A stretch of DNA of 64,000 bases from Dicyema japonicum (Eukaryota > Animalia > Dicyemida). How positions within the stretch are numbered: the first letter of the stretch is position 1; every line of letters starts with the position of its first letter. A program made the position numbers and the translations under genes. The stretch spans positions 403,990-467,989 of the forward strand of contig RDEW01000025.1 in the NCBI GenBank assembly GCA_011109175.1, in the 5' to 3' direction. The notes under the pieces were generated by a model. That model worked only from the letters and a program-made list of their open reading frames with translations, was not told where the DNA came from and made no database searches. Below, piece after piece: positions 12,805-22,965 of the stretch.

Positions 12805-13125
12805 GGCCGGGTGGCATAGTGGTTAGGTGTCGGGCTTAAGTGGCTTAGGCTACGTGTTCGAATCTCGCTGCTGTTCACCTGGTGGAAGGTTCCACGCATC
12901 TACGATGCAGAAAGGGGTTGACGAGTGACGGCGTCATCAGTGGATACTCACTGCGGAACTGGATTGTCTAGAAAAGACACTCACACAAGAAAAAGAAAAA
13001 AAGAAGTGAAGATCATTCCTTGGTTCTACGATTAGTTAACTGTTCTTTACTTAAATAAAGTGTGTGTCCTGCCTATGCGGAGCTATAAATAATATGGCTC
13101 TCGTGAAAAGGCTTATTATTATTAA
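12805..13125 (+). mobile_element. Full-length tRNA-derived SINE (reference copy)
   Basis: It has an A-box TGGCATAGTGG (12812-12822), a B-box GTTCGAATC (12856-12864), a hairpin-rich body and a (TTA)n tail. At least 7 copies occur in the window. Confidence 0.9.
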
Positions 13126-13139
13126 TATTAAGGCTGATC

Positions 13140-14100
13140 TTCGAGTCATAATAAATCATGATTCTCAGATCTGGGTTCACTTAGTCTATATTTAACAGCT
13201 TCTATGAATGGTATGAGTATAAAGAATTTATATCTGTTATAATTAGAAGTTGTCTCACAGCGCATTATCCTCCCAATAAAGTAGATAACAAACGTTTAAA
13301 AAAATGGATTTCATCAATATCCCCAAGTTACACTTTCTGATATTCATTTGAGGAGGAAACATCAGTCCTACGTCAGTTGCCGGTAGTTTCTTGATCAAAG
13401 ACCACTCGGCCTAGTTGATAATTAGTCAAAAAGACCTACCTGTCTCAACTGTAACCAAATATAGGTTGGAATTTAAAGGATCATTAGCTTTCCCCCACTA
13501 TACTAGAAAGGTTTCCATAACAGCAAGGAATTGACGTCTTCAACCTTTTATGCTGTTTCTGGAATGACTTGTGTGACATTGGAAGGACTGTTTCTGTGAC
13601 ATATGGGAGACACTTAACTTATTTCTCGTTGTATCCGGGGTTAATAAAAATAATGTTAGCATCACATTGCCATTCGACTTTCCTAATACACAAGTGCATC
13701 TGAAGTTTACTTGACCTATCGTGGTGAGACAAAATGGTGAAAACGACAGAAGAGTAAAGTATTAATGAGTTAGTAACTACATACTATCAGCTACATATAT
13801 TTTTTCGACGGTAACTGTTGGCACTGGATAATCATAAAATGGACCAGTTTTCTTTGGTCTCTCAGCAACAAATCTACCTGAATCATCTTGATTAACTAAT
13901 AATGAAATAAATAATACTATGAGAATATTCTGTAAGGAAAATAAACATAAAAATTAAAGCCAGCATTAGCAAATCATACGCATATTCAATATATAAGCCG
14001 CATAAAAGGAATTTCATACACAAATCGGCAATTATTAATAATTTTGATTTTAATTTCTTAAAGTGTGCATGACAAGTTTGCACGTCAGAACAGTGATAGA
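13140..14100 (-). mobile_element. Degenerate CR1/L2-like LINE fragment
   Basis: It is homologous to 5150-6100. The minus frame gives HFKKLKSKLLIIADL and GQVNFRCTCVLGKSNG. Confidence 0.5.
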
Positions 14101-14825
14101 CATCCACCGTGCTTCCATTTGAAAAAACTGTTCATCGAGACATGTGTAGTTTATTTTTCTATAGGTCTCCTAGCAAATTAAACTTCACCGACAGACATAT
14201 CTAAGACATTCAATGCTCCACATATTGAAATGACAGCCAATTGAGAAAACTGAAAAATATAGAGATCGCTTCGACTCTGTCCATAGCATTCCAAACCTCT
14301 GGAAGGATTGAAAAAAGTAAAGGAGTCGTCAGCGAAATCGGGATTCCAATTGGAGTCAACTTGAATTCTAAAGCGAACTAGAAGTTGTCTCACAGCGCAT
14401 TGAAATGACCATCGTTTGCTGTAATTCCCACTGTCTCATGATAACTGGAACACTTTGTTATAACGTCCTCGACCTGCTCCCAAATACAGATTATGCACGA
14501 AAGATATTTACTTATTACGTCTTTTTCTCCATCCCCCAAAGTTGTGGGAAGATTAGAAGATAAACGGTCCGCTCTGAGACAGAAAAGGATAGTTAGCATC
14601 TATCAAATCATAATATTCCATTAAAAAGCTGTAAAAATTCATAAACCGAATTGATTGTCGTCCAATTTAAGTAAAGAATTAGAAACATTTGCAATTTATC
14701 TTTCCAATTTAACTGTACTTTCAAATCAGGATTATGTGAAAGTCTGACCTCTGTGATGAAGATTCACAGAGAGTGATTCAATAAGTACCGTTATCCCCCA
14801 AAGTTGATTTCCTTTAAAATTTTAT

Positions 14826-15262
14826 ATAATAATAACACCAGAGACCACGGTTACACAAACTAACTAATCACGTGATCCCAGCACGATATAGCAGTGACCT
14901 CAAATTGGCCCGATGCACCTCCCTCACCCCACACAAGCACAAACAGTCATAACAAAAACTAATCCAAGAAAGGAACCAAAGGGAGGTCATCTTCTTGTGC
15001 TGACCAAATCCATCTTCCAATACTTCATTACAGGCTTCCGCTTCCGAAGAGACGTGGAGAAGTCGTCCGCCTTCTTCCATTTTTTGTCCCACGTCCTACC
15101 GTCGCGGACATCACTTCATTCATTAGCGGAATAGTTTTTATAATGCAATATTCATCAGAGGGTTTGGTCAGGGAGAAAGGTAGGAAGATTCCTTTTAACA
15201 ACTGTGTCGTGCCAGAAGGACTCGTCGCCTCATGGGTGGGATCTGTTTGACAAGAACACAAG
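14826..15262 (-). mobile_element. CR1-like LINE 3' end
   Basis: It is homologous to 7480-7790 and 61280-61630, and ends gctgggatcacgtgattagttagtttg...ggtgttattattata. Confidence 0.7.
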
Positions 15263-15386
15263 CACTTATCGACCGAATGACTGGTTCTTTGTAGTCAAAA
15301 CGAATAAATTTATAGAAGTGTCAATTATTTATAAAATATTAAATTCTAAATTTATTTAATTAAACTTAATATAATTTTAAACATGG

Positions 15387-17703
15387 ATGGAAGGTGATAG
15401 TTTTGTAAATTTTAGAGAGAATGCCGTTAAACGTACACGTGACGTTTATTGTGAAGAGGGGACTGACTTTGAGGCCTTATGCGTGGCCGATCATATCATC
15501 AAGGGTCTCGTGGCTCATAACATCACATCGCCATCTCCAATTCAATACAAGGCTATTCCCTTAGGCAGGTGTGGTTTAGGTAAGTCTAACCTAGCATTTT
15601 AGATCTCGTCGTTCAGGCCAAGTCAGGGACTGGCAAAACGGTAGTCTACACGTGCCTTTCTCTAGAGGCCGTAAAATCTACTCTAAAGGATCCTCAAGTA
15701 CCAACAGTCTAACTCTAGGTCCTAGTTTTAACTCCGACGAGAGAAATCGCAATTCAAGTGACTAAAGTTATCCAGGACATTGGTTGTCATGGAACCACGA
15801 TACCTAATGTCTGTCATTTTATCGGCGGAGTGCCACTTTCTACTGACAAAAAGGCGCTTAAATGCTGTCAGATTGCTGTGGGGACGCCTGGTTGGTTGAG
15901 TTGCTTACCTCTAGGGAGGATCAAGCAGCTTATAGAGATGAAGGCATTAAAGACTAACAAAATTCGAATGTTTATACTAGATGAGGCCGACAAGTTAATA
16001 GAGGAGAACCTAAGAGCCCAGATCAAGTAATTTTAAGGCAAATTCATGCTTTAGTTTCATTTATTGGGCTTTGCCTGAAAATAATAAACAGATTTTGGCC
16101 TTATCGGCGACTTATCCTGAATCACTGGCTAAGCTGATCTCGATTTACATGAAGACTCCTACCTTTGTTAGATTGGATAGCGAATCCCCCTCCTTACTAG
16201 GTTTTAATGAGTTTAGTATAATCTAGGAATAAAACATTATTACTCCCACATCGGCGAAAAATTTATTAAAACGAACGATTTTTCCCGCCTACATTTTATT
16301 CTTCAGAGGTTAGCCTTCAAACAGGGAATAATATTCTGCAATAACTTGAAACTGTAGCCATTTTTCAACAATTTCAGAGCGGAGTCCATCCATAACTACC
16401 TAACTAGCCAGACCACGTGGCCAACTGCTATCATATCCGGTGGAATGGATCAGAAAAAGCGCTCTAAGGCTTTCTCGGAGCTAACCAGTCAAAAATGCAG
16501 TCTCTTGGTTTCGACAGACGTGGTTCCTATAAAATCTTCATTTTGTCAGGCAGCACGCGGAATCGACTCATCCGGGGTCAATTTAGTAGTGAATTTGGAT
16601 ATCCCCCAGGATCCGGCCACATATCTGCATAGAGTGGGCCGAGCGGGGCGATTTGGTTAGTTTTCTACCACGTCACTTTTAAGGGACCAACGGAGTTGCT
16701 CTCAACCTTCTGACTGAGTCCAGTGAGATTTACCGCCTTTTCCATTTCGGTGCTGACTTCTCTTTCGATTTACAACCTCTTCCTGGTAATTAACTGGTTT
16801 ATCAGCTTAGAGGGCGATTCTCTGAGTGACCTGTTGTCTACTTCTAATTCGAGTCCTAAACGAAGAGAGAAGTCTAAAGAAGTCGAGGAGAAGGAAATTG
16901 TCCCTTTCTTGTTGGGGGCAGTACGGCCACCAATGGAAGGAAACTCGAGATTGTCCATTTCGATGTCTTCAGACCAGGGAATGGTTGAATCTCTTCTGAA
17001 GCTGTGTGAATGTGTGGTGACTGAGTACTTGGCCACGTGTCCGAGCAGTCTGAGCGTTGCCATGAACTCCAATCTCCTCGATAAGGAGGTTCAGTGCGAT
17101 GGCTGTCTCAAGGAGACAGAGGGACCGAGTAGGGATTCCTTTGTGGAAACCTGCGAGGGGGTAATGAATCGATGGACTGAAACGATATCTCCACATGAGG
17201 ATGACGATTCTAGTAATCTGGAAATGGGAAATAACATGGGAATTTGTTCCAACGAAAAGTGTTTGTTTGTCTCTGCTAGTGGTGGAATAGAGACACATAT
17301 TTCTTCCAATATTAGCTACAGTGATGCGGGGCCTATGGCTTGTGAGAGCAAAATAAATGAGGGCTATTGTGTACCACTAGAACGTTTTGTGGATTGTAAG
17401 GATGATTTTATATTGGTAGGTGAAGCAAATGAGGCTGTTAGTGAGGCAACAAATCACAGTGGAAAGATTATTGACGGATTTGGAGATGTTCATTTTAGTA
17501 GACCGAATACTAATATGGAAAATTCTGAATACTTCCGTTTTAGAAATTTTGATGATTTGGGAAATTATTCGAAACATTTTGGCGGGAATTTATTTACAAA
17601 ATTAGGTTCTCCAACTTCACTTAATGTTAAATATCCAAATATTTTTTCTCAATGGGGAGATTATGCCGACTATTTAGTAAATGCTTATCGTAATCGAAAT
17701 TGA
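15387..17703 (+). CDS. DDX20: DEAD-box RNA helicase DDX20/Gemin3, 10 exons, 696 aa
   Basis: Introns lie at 15580-15602, 15698-15718, 15891-15914, 16027-16054, 16201-16226, 16354-16377, 16523-16549, 16656-16683 and 16786-16810 (21-28 nt, all GT-AG). Removing them restores [43 protein letters not shown] and [10 protein letters not shown] in one frame of 2091 nt. [12 protein letters not shown] and the long low-complexity C-terminal tail are DDX20-like. Confidence 0.92.
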
Positions 17704-17877
17704 TGTAATTTATATATTTTTTTAATTATATTTATTTAATTAGAATTAAATTTGTTTGCAAAATTTTGAACTTTAATTTCGTCAAGTCTGGGATAATAAA
17801 TAATTTTGATTTAATTATGAGATTATCGTTAATTAAAAATATAATAAAATATTAAATTTATTTAAATTATTTGCTTC

Positions 17878-18458
17878 ATGGTGGTACATTTTATTAATTA
17901 AATAGACCTCCCTAACAGAGAATTTTGTGGCAGGTAGGCCAATTTAGTACCAATCTAAACAAAGAGTGCAGAGAGATCTTTGATGTATACGACGACCGTG
18001 GTGACGAGACCATCCCTGTGAAAAACGTCGGTGACGTTATTAGATGCCTTGGAATTTACGTCACTCAAGCGGACATTAAGAAATGTACCGCCAACTTTGA
18101 TCATCATGGTAACGGTTGGTCTTACTTCCAGACTCACGTGTCTCATTTGATGAGTTTCTACCCATTGTGCAGACTGCCAGCAAGAACAAGGACACTTTCA
18201 CTGTGCAAGACTACTTGGAGATGTTCAAGATCTTCGATAAGGACAGCTCTGGGGAACTCTACATGGGGGACTGTAGGCGACTGTTCACTTCGATGGGTGG
18301 GATTAACACGTGACTTTTAGGAGAGCAACTTAATGATGATGAGTTTCAGCAGATTGTGAAGCAGTTTACTTCGATGGGTCGTGTGAACTATGTGCGTATG
18401 TATGTGGTTTTTTAGTGTAGAACTGGTCAATGAGATTATTGGTAACCACAGAGATTGA
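17878..18458 (+). CDS. MYL6: Myosin essential light chain (EF-hand, MYL6/Mlc-c family), 6 exons, 150 aa
   Basis: Introns lie at 17881-17905 (directly after the ATG), 17934-17964, 18109-18131, 18297-18320 and 18396-18420. The spliced protein reads MTSLTENFVAECREIFDVYDDRGDETIPVKNVGDVIRCLG...RVSFDEFLPI...YLEMFKIFDKDSSG...GEQLNDDE...GRVNY. The symbol is given at family level only. Confidence 0.85.
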
Positions 18459-18509
18459 TAAATTAAATTTGACTTACTTGGTTTAATTAATTTTTAATGT
18501 TGGATGGGA

Positions 18510-18860
18510 TCTTTACTGTTTATTTCTGGGAAAGTGGTAGACATCGCTTGGACGCCACCTGTGTAGACACCCTCTCCCTCAAACCTTGAAATGACTGCAG
18601 ATAACCCAGGCTCTGCTTCGGAAAAGGCTGAGATGCTAAAAAAGAAATATAAATATCTTGGTGGACAGTTCATCCCTGTACGGGTCTCGGTGGAAACATC
18701 AGGACTCATAGGATTAGCTCACTAATTCTTGAGTTGTCTAGGGAATTGGATTTCTACATGACAGGAGATCCCCGTGAGCACTGCTGGTTATTTGATCGAT
18801 CCTTGCTCGCCATTTAGAAGAAACATCCAAGCAGTCAGGCGGCCGCTGTATGATCCTCAG
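18510..18860 (+). mobile_element. CRE-clade C-terminal fragment
   Basis: The plus frame gives GSASEKAEMLKKKYKYLGGQFIPVRVSVETSGLIG and TGDPRE. Confidence 0.75.
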
Positions 18861-19093
18861 TTAACTGTTTATTTTAATAAATTTGTTAAAATATGTTAAA
18901 AAGAGCACTTAATTTAGGAAGCTCACGTGAAAATGCTGCTTCCTCTCGAAGCCATCCAGTCTCAGACATGTTTAAAAAAATTGCTTACGTTATGGCTATG
19001 TTGAATTAGTCGCAATCAATTTTGAATCATTAATAGCATTATTAGATTATTTCCTATCAATATTAAACGTGTCATAACTATTAATGATTATTA

Positions 19094-19990
19094 GGGCGGA
19101 AATATAGGATAATCATTTAGGACATTTTAAAAATAGTACAATTAGGACATATTAAGAAAAAATTAGGACAATTGAATTTTTTTTATTTTTAAATTATTTT
19201 TTGTTTTTTTTAAAAAATATCGAAAACACGTAATCTGAGCTTAAATCTAAATCATTTTAGGACAATTTATATGGAAATAATAAAAACTATCTATCGTTAG
19301 AGAAATTATAATTTAAATATTTTTCAATATTATTTTCATTATAATTATCTTTATAAATCTGTTTTTTTAAACGGGAGATTGTTCTATTGCAGTGGACATT
19401 TTAGCAGGTCGTAATATGTCATTGGGTTTATCGATTTGTTAGTCATTTCAACAACATCCATTAAATCTTTCTTCTCATACCTTTCAATTCAATAATTTTT
19501 AATATCCCCTTTTACAGAGTAGAAATGATCTTTTCAAAATCTGCATAACTATCTTTGATTGAATACCGTGAGTATTGCAATTTTTCCAAATTAGATTTGA
19601 GCATTATATTTCGTAATTTCAGAGTTCATGAAACAAATTTTCATTCATATTCGATTTCTTCACATTCGCAACAATAATTTCATTTTCAAAATTGTTCGCT
19701 ATGTCTTTTATTGCAACTAGAATTTCACAATAATAAAATGCCGCTTCTAAAACACTCCCCGATCCTGTGATAATTTATTGGGGGTAGTTTAAACTCATCA
19801 AACATAGCTTTCACTTTTTGATTTCGAAATAAGAATTTTCTAAGAATGGCTGATTTGTTTTCCATCTTGTCATCCGAAGGCATGCTGATACTTTAGTGTG
19901 TTCGAAAATGTAGGACATTGTGTTAAAATTAAATTCCCAGTGCATTTAATTAATGCATGCTACCCAATGCCCATACGGAGAGTCTTTCCC
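19094..19990 (-). mobile_element. hAT-like (CGGBP1-related) transposon, 3' part
   Basis: The terminus is tagggcgg with ttaggac subterminal repeats. The minus frame gives GSVLEAAFYYCE and ENNIEKYL, homologous to 2545-3630. Confidence 0.7.
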
Positions 19991-20249
19991 CCAAGTTTAA
20001 AAATAAAAAATTAAAAAATATTAAATAATTTTAATAAAAATGAATGGCACGTAATATAATCTTGTCTCTTATCACCTCTTCTCTTTCACGTTCTGCAAAC
20101 TCTCTTGAGAAAGGAATGATATAGTTTGCGATCAGTGTTGGGGACACTGGAGGAACACCGAGGATACATTGCTTCATCATGGGGGATATTAGGATCATAT
20201 AATTAGTCGAATAACTTCCTTTTTTTCTATTCTTATAAATCATGCATCA

Positions 20250-20900
20250 AGTCCATTCCTCGTTTTTTGTAAGTAATACTACTTTACTGAAGCCACATTC
20301 GATAAAATAGGTTGATGGAAAAGCAATAAAAAATTGAGCTCTCATCCAGGATATTTGTAAAAATTTCTTTGGTGGTTGTCTAATGCTTGAATTGCCAGAT
20401 GGTCAGATTGCAAATCTATTATGCCTTCTTGTATCTCGATCTCAACTTTGGAAGGTTTTACATTGAAAGATCAATAATCCATGGCTGATAACGAAGAGAT
20501 CAATATATCGTGTTTGAAAATATTCTTGAAGATGAGATATGTAACTTGTAATCCTCTTCCTAAGAGTATTTTGTATTTTCGATAAATTTTGAAATTGTGA
20601 TCATTCGTTACGTTCAATATTAATGCAACAAAGTTCAAGTTTGTTTGAAATGACTTAAAGCCTCTTTGCAATAGGATCGATATTTTTTTGTAAAATCTTG
20701 TAAGTTTGTTTAATTTCTCGAATAAATCAGTCGAATAAAATATATCGGCCTCATGCTTTCATTTGTTAATGTACGATGGCATATTAAGCAAAATGACGTA
20801 TCTCGATTATTGGTGAAGCAACAAATCCAATATTCTTGAGAATACTGGCGATGCTTTTTCGGTAAAATTACTCATATCAACTTTTTTCCAAAATAATTAA
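20250..20900 (-). mobile_element. hAT Buster/Charlie transposase C-terminal fragment
   Basis: The minus frame gives FFIAFPSTYFIECGFSKV, the hAT dimerisation motif FPSTYLxExGFS. Confidence 0.75.
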
Positions 20901-22965
20901 TCATAATGGCTCTTCTTGGGCATGGGTGAGTTAAATGATAAAAAATGTCCAATCTAACTAAATGATCCCAGACTGATGGAGGAGGTTGGAACCGGCGGGA
21001 TGAGCACCTTGAACTACGCTTTTAAGGTTAGATAAATAAGTAATAATCTTGTCTCTTATTGGTCAATTTTAACTTTGTAGTTCAAGATTCCACTAAACCC
21101 CAGCTTCGCTCATTTTTAGCCTGAGACCATTGGGAAGCGTGTCCCCAAAACAGGTCGTTACAAGGATCCCACATTTTCACGGCTAGTCTCGAAGTTCCAT
21201 AGAAAGCAAAGGGATCTCGTACTTTACTTGCATTCTGCGATAGGGACTAATTTTAAAATAAATAGATTTTTGTTCAGTTTACCCTTTTTATAACCACGAG
21301 ATTACTGTAGATAAATTTGGAGTGTATGCTATGGGGGATACATTTTAAGCAAATTTCCACCCGATATAGTGAAGTTTTGGTAGATGCTTTAAAATTATAA
21401 ATTTGGCTAAAAGAACTCTTCAGTCTCGTCTATTCAGATATTGTGCAATTAGATGGGGAAAAATCATACTTTCCATACAAAAGTAAGATGGCTGTCACGT
21501 GGGGTGGTTTACACGATCTGTTGAGACAAAGAATGACCCCCAACGTCACATTGTTAGAAGAGGATAAGCGAAGACTTCAAATATATAAACACCGCTACAA
21601 AAGGTTTTTGAATGCCACGGAGGACTACCTTATTCTGGAAGATCCACGTTTGTATCTTCAACCGAGGACAACCCTACCCTCCGCCCTTGATGAAGAAAGA
21701 CCTTAAGGAAATCGGAGACACCTCAAGCAACTCTACTATGCCTAACTCATCTAGTCAATTTCATTTTCACGATTCCTGTGCATGAATAACACAAACTAAC
21801 AATTTTGTAGCCATCTTAGGCTTCCCGGAGCTGCCTTCAGTTGAACCTTCCGTATTCGTAATCCTTGTCATTCTATTCGTTTTGTCTGTCGAATCCGTCT
21901 TCTGAGTGATCATTTATGTCATTTTCTTACCTTAAAACGTTGGTAGTCGATTAAACTTGTCATTTCTCCACCCACAGTTATACCAGAATGATACCCACAT
22001 TTTTCACCTTCTTTAAGATACAAAGTTAGCACAAATCTGAGAGTCTCTTACTGCGGATTTGTACTAAATGACTAAATGGTCAACTAAAATTATGACAAAA
22101 CTCATGGCTTGGGAAGAGCTGAATCTGACGAATTTAATTTGAGAAATTTGATACAAATTTTTCAAAAGAATGTTGTGGAAATCCACAATTAATTTAATTT
22201 ATTAACCCCGGATACACCGAGAAAGAAGTTAAAGTAAACAACTGATTAAGTGTATCCAGTTTACACTTCTTAGAAATCAGAGTCCATACGGAATCAGCAT
22301 AAATGGAAAAAAGACGTACATTACTTTCAGTTGTGGAAACCCATCCATTGGAGGGGAGAGCAAATGATCCTTTTTCGTGCCGGCCTGGCACAGAGAGCCA
22401 CCTAGACGGATATTATATTATTATTAAGGCACTTTCACGAAAGCCATAATGATTATAGCCCCGCATGTGCAACACTCAAAAAACAATATTTATAGTTAGT
22501 CTTTTCCATCTTCCTCTGTCGAATGCGAGTGATCTCAATTCGTCCAGGTATTATAGTGAAAGTGAAATATTATTTATGGGTTTAATTTAATAATTATTAT
22601 TTCATTTAAATTTTTTTTTAAATTTAAGTTTATTCCACGTGATAAATTTATTTTTTTGTCTTGAGTTCGATTCCCCTCACTATCTACTTGGCCGAAGGTT
22701 TCTCCTCCGTTTATACTTTTCTTACCGTCTATTATAGCAGCTCCTAGTACATGGTGGCTTGAAAAAGGCCATTTGCTCTCCCCCATTGCATTAAAGCGTC
22801 CTCACAGCTATTTTCTTCCATTTCCTTTATTCTTAATGGACTTGCATAATATGAAAATCATCCAAGGTCTCTTGTATTAGGTAGTAAATACTATGACTTT
22901 AGAGGGTCTTTATGTATTTAAGAGCAGGCTTACCATTGTATTATTGTAGAAATCCGAGATATTTA

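Noticed and set aside
12805-12875. tRNA gene
   Set aside because: A- and B-boxes are present, but there is no complete cloverleaf and the sequence continues into a multi-copy body with a (TTA)n tail, so it is a SINE head.
21443-22100. Host gene in the 87-aa plus ORF or in minus-strand frames with intron-like segments
   Set aside because: I could not build a consistent spliced frame on either strand or recognise any motif, so it is left unannotated.
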